Counted from the stretch's first letter, positions 40,001 through 49,141 are shown. The stretch is 64,000 bases of DNA from Candidatus Heimdallarchaeum aukensis (GCA_021513695.1 CP084166.1:2432001-2496000); one strand, 5' to 3'. The notes: generated from the letters alone by a model not told the origin. Numbers and translations: made by a program.

Positions 40001-40884
40001 TAACTTTTGTATTTGATGACACTAGCTCAATTAATGTTGAAGCTCAGGTTACAGGGGCAGAGAATTATACAATAAATACAACAGGAAACGTTTTCACGCT
40101 ACCTATAATATTGTTTACTGAAGGAGATTGGAAAATAAAGTTGAATGTCTATGATGAGTATAATCACTTAACAACTACGACTTTTGAGTTTAGCATTTTT
40201 TCTATAGAATCGACCACTCCTCCGAAATTTACTTCCATTCCCGATGATCTTATTTTTGAAGAAGGTTCGACTGGGCACACTTTAACTTGGATAGTTACAG
40301 ACACCAATCCTTCAACTTATACTATTTATTCAAACGGCACTGAAGTTACCAGCGGTTCTTGGTTATCTGATCAAGCTATTAGTTTCTCTGTAGATGATTT
40401 AACTATAGGTTCTTACAATATTACTATTTTAGTTAAAGATTCGACAGAATTGTCTGCAACTGACACTACATGGGTGGTCGTAAATAAGCCAGAACCACCG
40501 AAATTTACCTCTACTCCTGATGATCTTACTTTTGAAGAGGGTTCGACTGGGCACACTTTAACTTGGATAGTTACAGATACTAATCCTTCAACTTATACTA
40601 TTTATTCAAACGGCACTGAAGTTACCAGCGGTTCTTGGTTATCTGATCAAGTTATTAGTTTTTCTGTAGAAGATTTAGGCGTTGGTTCCTATAATATTAC
40701 TATTTTAGTTACGGATACAACTGGATTATCTACGACTGACACTGTAAATGTGACTGTATTGTCGTCAGACAACAATAGTAGTGGTGATACAACTAAAAAC
40801 CCATTTTCGCTATTTTCACTAATTATATCTTTGCTTGGAATAAGTTTTGTTGCTTTATGGGTGATAAAAAGGAAAAAAAGCTAA
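37018..40884 (+). CDS. large cell-surface protein: signal peptide, beta-rich domains, clan GH-A-like TIM-barrel glycoside-hydrolase domain, two near-identical 92-aa tandem repeats, Ser-rich linker and C-terminal TM anchor with basic tail
   Basis: The GH-A-like region (GLRVGISLQ, GIEFMTFARLSGDW, IIFTQVAYAA, WIEGLFSFGWKYW) is homologous to 42497..43666. The C-terminus is PFSLFSLIISLLGISFVALWVIKRKKS. Confidence 0.6.
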   Translation: MWRMQTHIMRKFVFVFNFIIIIIFSSLNPSVNAVKNDYYTKSSIEGETVSITFSVTTPYEVSSLEIQILYLIDPYYYYSYQLSKNSQDPNVFEISLELTEGKLLRYRYSLGGNQWEYLSDKNPSFRTIVISKGNTNIEDNIVGFCPSFDPSTITRLNVTGRVVEQETDKPIEDGFVAIGGVITPLRANGSFYAQNVFSGYQHILVFSYSHLNLQSIQNLSPDTDDDPLEIDLGTFSLEKTRLIRVTFIVKTPENTQDKQVKIVGDLPQLGYIYPYMVSTRNILLQHVKDNWFIQTLEIPEHVPFNYFYTLGSYNTYYEVDSPNPNPFVRSIYPENNSVIVDEVGAWKNNGYVHMKFTVNVPENTPQEFGVSLVTSNSFLKMNKFSSTEWYTELDYPEGWEFNYYYAVGQVDHSIWESEYNNSNPRTKTASEGEFVDTVSKWNYIKTPQTSTESSVNVSLVFTVPSYTPDVSLYLAGELFDNWVNPQGQLLQKLDAHSYRTFIVLNKDIETSFTVTRGTWASSAEKNFTLIPKFEGEEFYFSVDSWIDLSSPWNRTSLITGVMPIDYWSSDMRTSLDPAFKHFAELGGKWIEYSPIWNYDRLKPFPYLSSTTGVYTPDEDLAFIVETAKKYGLRVGISLQINTEQTADSSQWGDFTAEKIDVLLEGLRTFYFHYAELSQKLGIEFMTFARLSGDWINDAYDTFMINLIPEIREIYSGMLTTHQGWTDDFQYYGLLDFIGFYFWESVLAGTPDPTVDELTTAFEEVIDTHYRPFYVKYQKPIIFTQVAYAAMEEANGQPTIPSIYEGTTVEYRPDIQARIYEALYRAIANRTWIEGLFSFGWKYWPSHFPEYSISYTPAETVVAKWSNMVNYGNGVIVNNENKVKVEQEDFILHLEESGFYTDIRLRDSEGNNWSSWNIYQTTIDLSTILPEISTEKQYVIWLQAKNSTFTSNPTAVKVIVDSTAPKISTQPTSYNFNLSSFNSLGKIVEETSLNLLTFVFDDTSSINVEAQVTGAENYTINTTGNVFTLPIILFTEGDWKIKLNVYDEYNHLTTTTFEFSIFSIESTTPPKFTSIPDDLIFEEGSTGHTLTWIVTDTNPSTYTIYSNGTEVTSGSWLSDQAISFSVDDLTIGSYNITILVKDSTELSATDTTWVVVNKPEPPKFTSTPDDLTFEEGSTGHTLTWIVTDTNPSTYTIYSNGTEVTSGSWLSDQVISFSVEDLGVGSYNITILVTDTTGLSTTDTVNVTVLSSDNNSSGDTTKNPFSLFSLIISLLGISFVALWVIKRKKS
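40222..40773 (+). repeat. 276-bp direct tandem duplication (2 copies, about 93% nt identity) inside the CDS 37018..40884
   Basis: Copy 1 starts ccgaaatttacttccattcccgatgatctt at about 40222. Copy 2 starts ccgaaatttacctctactcctgatgatctt at about 40498. The encoded repeats are PKFTS.PDDL.FEEGSTGHTLTWIVTDTNPSTYTIYSNGTEVTSGSWLSDQ.ISFSV.DL..GSYNITILV.D. Confidence 0.85.
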
Positions 40885-41101
40885 GCCTATTTCTCTAATT
40901 TTTTTACATCTAAATAGTTATAGGATTTGGTTTCGCTTTTTCTATTTTTTTGTATAACTCTTTTGTAATATCCTCTCTCCACTTAAAAAAAGTAAAACTA
41001 TCATCAGCATTTTTGATTTGATTTTACAATATCTTTTATGTATTCATAAGAAAAAATGTTACAAACAATTAATCTTTTAAATAAGTATTAGTTTAAATTT
41101 T

Positions 41102-42166
41102 TTGATGAAGGAAGGACTACTCAAATACTACTTCGCAAACATACAACAAAACCTTTCAAATGTAAAAGATTATTTTCAACCTTATCTAGTTGAATTTAGA
41201 GATCATGTAGAAAAAACAAAATTTGAAGGAAAAGCAATATATATGCTGGATTTTCTTTTTATTCTATATTTATTTGTTATAGCACTGTTGGGTAGAGTAT
41301 TTGTAGTAAGAATAAATATTATGACCATTTTATTAATATTTGGTATACTAATTATTTCAGTTATAATGTACAAAGTAGAGCCTATCAAATTTAAGAAACC
41401 ATTTTCTTTATTGCTAGACTTTAGTCCTTTTATTTTTATTTGGCTGAGTTATGATTCTCTGGCAATTGTACAAGAAAAACTCATTTATCCAAGAGTGCAT
41501 ACAACTGAATTATATAACCTCGATATGAAGCTTTTTTCTTGGATGCTTAGAGGATTATCACCTAATGAATGGTTTGCAACTACTTTCTCCTCTTTAACTG
41601 TGGATGTGTTTTTTGGCTTTACTTATATTCTCCATACAGTAATCCCGTTTATTATTATTGTTTTAATGCTCCTTGGAAAAGATAGAAAAAATATACGGTT
41701 TACAGTTTTGTCATTTTCAATTGTTTCACTGATCTCGTTTATCACCTATGTTGTTTTTCCTGCAGCAGCTCCGTGGTATATAGCACAATATGGGTTTAAT
41801 TCTCCCTCTCCAAACATTTCCTACAGTGAAAGTGTGACTGCAGGTTTAAGTAGAATAGATGAGTTATTAGGAATAAGTTTGTTTCAAACAGTTTATAGCT
41901 TTGAAAGTAACTCTTTTGCAAGTTTACCAAGCGTGCATGCAGCTTATGCTATGTCAGCAGCTCTTTGCGCATATAATAAGTGGAAGAAAAAATCCTTGAT
42001 ATTTACTGCTCCTTATGTTTTTGCTATTCTCTTTGGAGCAATTTATTTCTATCACCATTTTGTGATTGATTTAATAGTTGGAGTAGCATATTCTCTTATT
42101 GCTCATTTCCTAACCCAAAAAATTGTTAAAAAAGCTAGTAATAATGAAAAATTATTCCTAAAATAA
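41102..42166 (+). CDS. PAP2-superfamily membrane phosphatase / phosphotransferase-like protein
   Basis: The polytopic membrane protein has PAP2 motif 2-like SLPSVHAAYA and motif 3-like YFYHHFVIDLIVG. Confidence 0.5.
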   Translation: MMKEGLLKYYFANIQQNLSNVKDYFQPYLVEFRDHVEKTKFEGKAIYMLDFLFILYLFVIALLGRVFVVRINIMTILLIFGILIISVIMYKVEPIKFKKPFSLLLDFSPFIFIWLSYDSLAIVQEKLIYPRVHTTELYNLDMKLFSWMLRGLSPNEWFATTFSSLTVDVFFGFTYILHTVIPFIIIVLMLLGKDRKNIRFTVLSFSIVSLISFITYVVFPAAAPWYIAQYGFNSPSPNISYSESVTAGLSRIDELLGISLFQTVYSFESNSFASLPSVHAAYAMSAALCAYNKWKKKSLIFTAPYVFAILFGAIYFYHHFVIDLIVGVAYSLIAHFLTQKIVKKASNNEKLFLK

Positions 42167-42227
42167 GTTAAAGAAAGAAGAATACCAATAAAGTTAAAAA
42201 ACACCAATAAATAAAAAAATGGTTTAA

Positions 42228-42386
42228 ATGGAAAGTTTAATTTTGTTTGAGTTATCAAGAGAAGAAGCAATTACTTTGCACAAATTTCTTTTAAGAATTA
42301 ATAAACAAGGATCTATTATTTTTCAAAATCAGAAAGAAAAAGAGCTAATCTCAGAGCTAAGCAATCTATTAGAACAAGAGCTTAAG
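42228..42386 (+). CDS. small hypothetical ORF (52 aa), not in the ORF track
   Basis: My translation is MESLILFELSREEAITLHKFLLRINKQGSIIFQNQKEKELISELKQSIRTRA. It has no motif and low support. Confidence 0.2.
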
Positions 42387-42496
42387 TAAGATTCATTTTT
42401 ATTTTGTTAAGAGCAGTTGTTAATTTCTTGAGCTTAATTGCTGATTTTTTAAATACGAAACAACTTTTATTTGTAAAAAGTTTCTAAATAATATGT

Positions 42497-43666
42497 ATGC
42501 AAAAAAGAAAGCCTTTTTCTTATGTCTTAATTATAATTTTACTTTCTTATAGTAATCCTACTTGCCAAATAAGTAAAAAAGTCTTATCCTTAAATGAGAA
42601 TAATTCCTTTCAACTGCTATCAAGTATACAGAAAGGTTTTTCTTTTACTCCTTGGGAAGAAAACTCCCTGAAAAAAATAGAAGCAAATAATTCGCTGTTA
42701 GAACTTAAAGAGACTGGAACAGAATGGGTAGTACTTTGTTTCTGGTATTTTCAAGATGAAAGAACTTCTACAGTTATAGAACCTGATTATAATCTATATA
42801 GTGTAAATATTTCAGATGTTATTTCTTACATTGACATAATTCACGAACAGAATATGAAGGTTGTATTAAAGCCGATGCTAGACCTTAGAACAGGAGAGTG
42901 GAGAGCTTATATAGAACCTTCTGAAGAATGGTTTAAAGCATACACCGAATTTATAACTTTCTGGGCTGAAATAGCACAAAGTAAAGGAGTAGAATTTTTT
43001 GTTGTTGGTTGTGAACTTGACGGCACAATTTCAGATACAAATAATTGGATAAAAACGATAAATGCTGTAAGAGAAGTTTACAAAGGACCAATAACTTATG
43101 CTGCAAACTACGATATTTACGAACAAATAGAATTTTGGGACTATTTAGATTATATTGGTATAAATGCTTATTTTCCTTTGTCAGATACAACTAATCCCAC
43201 TCTTGAACAATTAAAACTAGGGTGGGACAGTTATATTCCCCAACTACATTCATTTTCAATCCAACATAACAGAAGTATAATCTTTACAGAAATAGGTTAT
43301 AGAAGCTTAAACGGAGCGAACAAGGATCCTTGGAATTGGGAAAGAAAAGGGATCAAGGATGAAAGAGAGCAATATCTTTGTTACGAAGCAACTTTTGAGA
43401 CAATAGCAAATTTATCTTGGATAGCTGGTCTTTATTGGTGGAATTGGGAAGTTAACCCTGAAGATGAAAGTGCAACTGGTTATAGCCCCCACAATAAACT
43501 AGCAGAAAAAATTTTGAAACATTGGTATAAAGGAGAACCTCTTAAAGATCTTCCTAAAAGGAATGTCTATGTGTGGGTGATTACAGGTTCTGTGTTAATA
43601 ATGGCTGCTTTTTTTGTTGTTTTTCTCAAATATAGACGTAAACTATCTTTGTCTAAAAAAACATAA
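42497..43666 (+). CDS. secreted clan GH-A-like glycoside hydrolase (GH113/GH5-like TIM barrel) with C-terminal TM anchor
   Basis: It has a signal peptide, a candidate acid/base site VVGCELDG and the candidate nucleophile IIFTEIGY. Its C-terminal anchor is VITGSVLIMAAFFVVFLKYRRK. It is a paralog of the domain in 37018..40884. Confidence 0.5.
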   Translation: MQKRKPFSYVLIIILLSYSNPTCQISKKVLSLNENNSFQLLSSIQKGFSFTPWEENSLKKIEANNSLLELKETGTEWVVLCFWYFQDERTSTVIEPDYNLYSVNISDVISYIDIIHEQNMKVVLKPMLDLRTGEWRAYIEPSEEWFKAYTEFITFWAEIAQSKGVEFFVVGCELDGTISDTNNWIKTINAVREVYKGPITYAANYDIYEQIEFWDYLDYIGINAYFPLSDTTNPTLEQLKLGWDSYIPQLHSFSIQHNRSIIFTEIGYRSLNGANKDPWNWERKGIKDEREQYLCYEATFETIANLSWIAGLYWWNWEVNPEDESATGYSPHNKLAEKILKHWYKGEPLKDLPKRNVYVWVITGSVLIMAAFFVVFLKYRRKLSLSKKT

Positions 43667-43812
43667 TAAAAATATGGAAATTGTTAGTCAGTAAAAGAAA
43701 ATGTAAAATATTTATTCCTTTTTCTGATTTATTAGGAGCTCTTTAGAAAGCCTTTTATTACAAGTATTTTTTTTCTGTCATCAGATTATTGTTTATTAAA
43801 GAAGGCTTGTGA

Positions 43813-44568
43813 ATGGACTATTGGCTACTACTATTACTTACAGGTTTGATAGGTTTATTTTCAGGATTGCTCAGTGGGATGTTAGGAATAGGGGGAGGTT
43901 CAGTAAGAATACCTCTACTTTATCTTATTGGGATCCCTTTAATTAATGCTTATGGAATAAATTTGATTACAATTCCTCTAACATCTGTTTATGGAGTTTT
44001 TTTACATCGAAAAAATATAAAAGTTAAACAAGGCACATCCTTAATTATTGGCGGTATAGGTGGAACTGTTGCAGGAACTTTATTAGCCTTGCATTATTCA
44101 ATGGACACGCTAATTCTCGCTGTATTATTTGTCATTGTTTCAATACTTACAGTTATGGGATTAAATATGTACAAATTTGCGCCTAACCTTGCAGAAAAAT
44201 TCAATCCTACTCCCCTATCATTAATTGGTGGAGGAGCGATTATAAACTTTATTACTGGTTTAAGAGGAGGATCAGGGGGTTCATTATTTCCTCCCTTTCT
44301 TCGTTCGTTAAAATTTGATATTAGAGATGCAATAGGAACTTCTTTATTTGCAACAATTTTTACTTCCACAATTGGAGCATTAATATTCTGGAAAAGTGGA
44401 GATATTCTTTGGATAGAGAGCTTAGTTGTATTTTTAGGTTCTTTTATTGGCGTGAGAATAGGTAAATTAGCATCAATTAATACAAAATCTCGTATGCTTG
44501 AAATAATACTCTCCATAGTAGTAGTCATTTTCGCTTTTGTCACTTTGATAAAAGCATTGTTAAGCTAA
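43813..44568 (+). CDS. TauE/SafE family (DUF81) sulfite/anion exporter-like membrane protein
   Basis: It has two internal repeats, each with the glycine-rich motif (GMLGIGGGSVRIP and GGSGGSLFPP), and 7-8 TM helices. Confidence 0.75.
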   Translation: MDYWLLLLLTGLIGLFSGLLSGMLGIGGGSVRIPLLYLIGIPLINAYGINLITIPLTSVYGVFLHRKNIKVKQGTSLIIGGIGGTVAGTLLALHYSMDTLILAVLFVIVSILTVMGLNMYKFAPNLAEKFNPTPLSLIGGGAIINFITGLRGGSGGSLFPPFLRSLKFDIRDAIGTSLFATIFTSTIGALIFWKSGDILWIESLVVFLGSFIGVRIGKLASINTKSRMLEIILSIVVVIFAFVTLIKALLS

Positions 44569-44662
44569 AATATGTATAAGCAAAAATTACGCGAAATTGA
44601 AATAAATCTCAAATTTCTTGATTTTAGAATAATTATTTAAAGGTTTAATCTTTTTTTGAATT

Positions 44663-45448
44663 ATGTCATTTGATAGGAAAACAATTTTGAAGCATAGGCG
44701 AATTTTAAAAGTTTTTGACGAAGATATTGAAAAATTTCCAGAAGGATTTCAAACGGATCAACAAAAAGGCGTTCCCAATCCACCTTTAGAAAAACCATAT
44801 CCCAAAGATGGAAAAATAATAGACCTAGTTCAAATAGAAAATATTACCCTGGGTAAAAATTATAGTTTAATTGACCTTCTGAAAAAAAGAAAAAGTCACA
44901 GATCTTATACAGATGAACCATTGTCGATTGAAGAGTTATCCTATTTACTGTGGGCAACCCAAGGAGTATTAGAATTAACTAAACACCACGGAGCAGGAAC
45001 AAGAAGAGTTGTTCCGTCTGGAGGTATGCGTCATCCTTACGAGACTTACCTAATTATCAATAGAGTAGATGGATTAACACCTGGGATTTATAGATATCTT
45101 CCTATAGAGCACAGATTGCTCTTTATCAAAGAAAAAACAGAGATAAACGAAAACAAATTGAACAAGTTAGTGGGTCAGAAATTTATCTTGAAAGGAGCCA
45201 TAATCTTTCTCTGGGCTGCTATACCTTACAGAATGGAGTGGAGGTACAGTATAACTTCAACTAAAGTAATAGCAATAGAAGCAGGACATATATGTCAGAA
45301 TCTATATCTCGCTTGCGAATCAATCGATATTGGAGCTTGCGCTATTGCTGCTTATAACCAACAAGTAGCTGATGAATTGTTAGAGTTAGACGGTGAAGAT
45401 GAATTTGTTGTTTATTTAGCCCCTGTCGGAAAGATAAAGAAAAATTAG
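44663..45448 (+). CDS. SagB-type dehydrogenase domain protein (nitroreductase superfamily)
   Basis: It has KRKSHRSYTDEPLSIEELSYLLWATQG, the SagB-type signature RRVVPSGGMRHPYETY and the C-terminal core AIEAGHICQNLYLACE. Confidence 0.7.
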   Translation: MSFDRKTILKHRRILKVFDEDIEKFPEGFQTDQQKGVPNPPLEKPYPKDGKIIDLVQIENITLGKNYSLIDLLKKRKSHRSYTDEPLSIEELSYLLWATQGVLELTKHHGAGTRRVVPSGGMRHPYETYLIINRVDGLTPGIYRYLPIEHRLLFIKEKTEINENKLNKLVGQKFILKGAIIFLWAAIPYRMEWRYSITSTKVIAIEAGHICQNLYLACESIDIGACAIAAYNQQVADELLELDGEDEFVVYLAPVGKIKKN

Positions 45449-45749
45449 GCCTAAAATTCTTTTTTTTACATACTATCAAAATCAGAACTTTATTTAGAAA
45501 CAGTTTTTACTTGAGATAAGAAAAAATTTTTAACTCTGGTTATGAAAAGTCATTTACTTTATGTTAAAAAATAGTATTCTGACTATAAAAATGTAGTTCT
45601 GCCTTAAGATATTTGCATATAACGAGGAAGAAAACATCTACAATCATCTTCAAAATTTTTGTAAACTTGACAAAATTGCAGTTAATAATAACAAATGAAA
45701 TAAGTATAATAAAAGAAAAAGAAAGAAATTTTTGCTAATAGCCACTTTA

Positions 45750-46502
45750 CTAAATAGTGATATTGTGAGTTTCTTTACTCAAATTGTAAAATCCCTTCGC
45801 TAAAAGAACTTGAGAAATAAATAGTATAATTCCGGCGATTAAAATCCAGATTAGAAAAGAATCGTTGAAAGTGCCAGTAAAAGCCTCTGTAATCATTTCT
45901 TCTAAAAACTTAACTCCACCATAAGCATAAAGGAAAAAAGCTGCAACTACACCTGTCCTAGAATATAAAATAAGATTGGTAAACTCACCATTGTAGAACT
46001 GATGCTTGCTCAATAGGCTAAATAACCTCTTTATTTCCATAAATCCTAAAGTAAGAAAAATAAATGGGACTAGAAATATGCTAAGAAAGAAAGGTAAAAG
46101 AAATACAGCAAAAATAGCTAGGGGGAAAAGAAAAGTAACGACTAATTCACTGATTACGCCAATTTTAATATATTTACTAACGTCTTTAGTTGCACTAGTC
46201 TGTAAATTTTCAACAGAAGAAAACTCAGAAGCAAGGTAATCATAACCTCGAGAGAGTTTAAAAAAGTAAATAGACTTGAAAACCACAAGAAACATGTAAA
46301 TAAGCAAAACTAATACAAGCGAAACAAAATAAAAATCCCAAATTTCAAGATTGTAAATTGCAAAGAAACCAAGATAAAAAAGTATAGTGGCTACAAGAAC
46401 AACAATACCTATTAAAATATAGGCGATTCCTAAAACCAAAGATGATCTGGAAATTTTTTGTTTAGCAATTTCCAACATGTTTTGATGGTTATCAGAATAC
46501 AT
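45750..46502 (-). CDS. polytopic membrane protein, paralog of 49517..50653
   Basis: The shared core is KDVSKYIK...PFIFLTLGF...LYSR...F.G.FD.SFLIW.LIAGI. Confidence 0.4.
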   Translation of the reverse strand: MYSDNHQNMLEIAKQKISRSSLVLGIAYILIGIVVLVATILFYLGFFAIYNLEIWDFYFVSLVLVLLIYMFLVVFKSIYFFKLSRGYDYLASEFSSVENLQTSATKDVSKYIKIGVISELVVTFLFPLAIFAVFLLPFFLSIFLVPFIFLTLGFMEIKRLFSLLSKHQFYNGEFTNLILYSRTGVVAAFFLYAYGGVKFLEEMITEAFTGTFNDSFLIWILIAGIILFISQVLLAKGFYNLSKETHNITI

Positions 46503-46822
46503 AACAATACACTAAAACTAATTTAGCATTCGCTAAAATAAAAACCTTCTCTAATTATGTTTGACATCAACAGAAGCTATAGAAAATTGTTTATAGCTAG
46601 TATATAAACTCTTCAAGTTTCTTCAGATAACCTGATTTCTTTACGCATAACTGTGAAACAATTAAAATGAAAACTTTCCTGAAAAAGTAATAGAAAAACT
46701 AACTGACAAAGTATACTTAATGCTCCTATAGTTTTCTCGTTTTCCTTTCCATTACGCAAATTAAAATCAACTTTGTTATATTCATTTTATTTCTCACTTT
46801 TGTAAAATTGAGTGTTGTATTT

Positions 46823-47533
46823 TTACACGCAGTTTCTTAAGTATCTCTTAAACCTATTAGAATTGACGGTTTTTAAGTCAAAGTATTCAGGATCAAAATC
46901 TTCTCCATACCAATGCATTAATTCTATGTCTTTGCTCTGAGGATCTTTAAGCATTTTAAGAAATTCCATATAAGCACCTGGTCCTCCACAATCTTCTGGT
47001 GGGCATGCTCGCTTACCGGCTATACAGTTTGGATAATGAGTATTGTTTTCACGTGGTAAAATCTTTTCTAGTTTAACTTCATGCTCAAACCAATCACCAA
47101 AATCGTAAATATATATTGCCACATTATTATCAGTGGAAAACCAATCTGATATCTTTTCTTTTCGCTCATCAAAAACTGGTTCGCTATTCTCCATAATCAT
47201 TTTGTGCATATGCAAAAAAATATTTTTTTGTTCTTCAGTTAAATTCTGTTTTTCAGCAATTCGCTTGAATCCTTGTTCAAAACTGAAGCTATCAAATGCT
47301 TCTTCATCAGGATCAGTTACTACTCGTGCTTCTTTGCCAGTTTTTGGGTGAACTATCTGAAACTCATGAAGATGATAACAATTCCACCCCATAGCAGCTT
47401 GAATTGCAGCATGTAGCTCAAAAAAAGTATAGCTTTCTGGAACTTGTATTCGACGCCAGATAGGAGGTTCAATATCTATCAATCTAATCTTAAATTGATA
47501 TACTTTTTTAAACGATTTAGAGACCATCGACAT
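46823..47533 (-). CDS. plasmid pRiA4b ORF-3-like (DUF1590) family protein
   Basis: It has the N-terminal family signature VYQFKIRLIDIEPPIWRRIQVPESYTFFELHAAIQAAMGWNCYHLHEF and the C-terminal CPPEDCGGPGAYMEFL. Confidence 0.7.
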   Translation of the reverse strand: MSMVSKSFKKVYQFKIRLIDIEPPIWRRIQVPESYTFFELHAAIQAAMGWNCYHLHEFQIVHPKTGKEARVVTDPDEEAFDSFSFEQGFKRIAEKQNLTEEQKNIFLHMHKMIMENSEPVFDERKEKISDWFSTDNNVAIYIYDFGDWFEHEVKLEKILPRENNTHYPNCIAGKRACPPEDCGGPGAYMEFLKMLKDPQSKDIELMHWYGEDFDPEYFDLKTVNSNRFKRYLRNCV

Positions 47534-48289
47534 AAAAAAAAATTCTTAACTATTTTAAAGTTTCGAGACGAAAATCAAGGTCTGTTCATTCAGTAACATA
47601 AATCAGACTTTGTGTAATAGAAAAATGTGAGAGTGCTTCATAAATTTTCTCCAAGATGAAGAAGTAACGGGTTGATGAAAGCAGTTAAAATTATAGTAAG
47701 AATGGCAGAATGAGAGATCAAAGCTGTATCATCTTAGACCAAATCTTCTCATTTCTCTAATAAAAAAGTATCATCTTAAAAAATGTTTTTTGTTGAAATA
47801 ATTAAGTAACAGAGCCCAAACTTCTCTGTTTTTAAAAAAAAGAAAAAAGTTATTTTATCTTTCTTCTTAGTCTACTTCGGGTAATTGATAATAGTCCAAT
47901 AAGTGTTAAGGCACCCATGAAATACTTTTTTACGTAAAAAGCTAAATTTTTAGTTTGTGGAGTTATTAGACCAATAACAACCAGAAACACATTTGCATTA
48001 ATAAAGAATACACGATATTGGGGAGTGTCACAACTTTTCTGCTGTCTTTATATATTCAATTCTCATTTATCTAGTGTCTTGATCTATATGCTTAAAGACG
48101 TAAGTTTCATTCCTACGACACCCGGTCTTCCATGTGGGAGTGATGAGTGCCCGGGCTCAGGAGATGAACCCCTTAGAGAACTCACTTAAGACTGTGTCTT
48201 TCATGTTCTCTTAACCCAGTCCTCACAACTTTCGCTATGTTTGTTGACTGGTTGGGTAGAGTCCTGAAGAAATTAAGTAAAATTTCAAC

Positions 48290-49141
48290 TCATGAGAAGA
48301 AACCTGTAAAGTCTCCCATTGAGATCTCAACTTCTTTTTCGTTAGAAGAATGTCCTCTTTCTTCGTCTTCTGTTTCTTCATCTATCTCTTTTTCTCCTTC
48401 CGATTCTATCTTAACTTTCATAGCTAAAGCAGAATTGGGTTCTATGTATGGGAATTTGTGTATTCCTATATCTATCTTTAATTCTACAGGAGTGATAAGA
48501 GAATCATTTACTATTGCAAATTCGCCACTAGCGTAAATCCTGCTGGTGAAAACTCCGTCTGATGTTTCAATATTAAGTATATGGACTAAATTTCCTGAAA
48601 TGTTATCAGTGGTATATTCTATAGGTAGGAAATTGTCGAAAAGATATGTTTGGACAAGCTGATCTACTGATTCATTGTACATTCCGTCAGCGTCTGTATC
48701 GATATATTCAACAATATTAGAGATTTTGACCTTAAATTCTAATTCTATTTCTTGAGTGCTAGTGTCTGAAGAAAATTCTAGTTTGAACTCTATGTCATTA
48801 CCATCAGAGTTACTAGGAACTTCAAGTTCTATTTTAAATTCGTTTTCTGTATCTCCAAATTCTCTTCTAGATTTAATCTCAGCACTATGTGTAGAAACCT
48901 CTATCTCTACTTCTCGCTCGTTAATCTTTTCTTCTTCATCGTCTATACCGTCGTCATCTTCATCGTGATCCTCTTCTGTTTCTATTTCAGTTTCTTCTTC
49001 ATCTTCAGGGGGATCAGTTTCATCTTCATCGTCATCTTCATTGGCAATTACAGGTACAACTATTAGAAAACTAGTTACCATTAAGAATATAATTACGCCA
49101 CTTACAAGAATTCGTTTCTGAATTTTTTGACTGATTTTCAT
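48290..49141 (-). CDS. secreted or membrane-anchored highly acidic protein (N-terminal signal anchor followed by a D/E-rich low-complexity segment)
   Basis: KRILVSGVIIFLMVTSFLIVVPVIA is followed by NEDDDEDETDPPEDEEETEIETEEDHDEDDDGIDDEEE. The antisense ORF 48237..48536 is judged to be a shadow. Confidence 0.45.
   Translation of the reverse strand: MKISQKIQKRILVSGVIIFLMVTSFLIVVPVIANEDDDEDETDPPEDEEETEIETEEDHDEDDDGIDDEEEKINEREVEIEVSTHSAEIKSRREFGDTENEFKIELEVPSNSDGNDIEFKLEFSSDTSTQEIELEFKVKISNIVEYIDTDADGMYNESVDQLVQTYLFDNFLPIEYTTDNISGNLVHILNIETSDGVFTSRIYASGEFAIVNDSLITPVELKIDIGIHKFPYIEPNSALAMKVKIESEGEKEIDEETEDEERGHSSNEKEVEISMGDFTGFFS

Noticed and set aside
148-45000. Numerous short listed ORFs antisense to or inside longer genes (148-378, 1323-1505, 5026-5340, 5566-5808, 5896-6084, 8988-9260, 9926-10108, 11330-11611, 11343-11537, 14308-14517, 18750-18950, 19978-20196, 20387-20731, 21851-22042, 22445-22681, 23275-23475, 25135-25542, 25617-26114, 27831-28133, 29069-29359, 29423-29644, 30622-30840, 33474-33728, 37181-37562, 41203-41388, 42951-43190, 44094-44543, 46006-46239, 47133-47351, 48756-48968, 50157-50348, 52344-52562, 52777-53040, 55116-55325, 56591-56848, 59830-60239)
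   Set aside because: Each is fully nested in, or antisense to, a longer ORF with clear homology, or lies inside the IS element. None has a recognisable motif.
48116-48160. RNase P RNA or C/D-box sRNA in the GC-rich island
   Set aside because: A CCGGGCUC motif and a GUGAUGA C-box-like heptamer are present. There is no correctly spaced CUGA D box, no CR-V-like partner at the right distance and no terminal stem, so known families do not fit.
48237-48536. Listed plus-strand ORF of 99 aa
   Set aside because: It is Ser-rich low-complexity sequence antisense to the D/E-rich secreted protein gene, typical of a shadow frame of acidic repeats.
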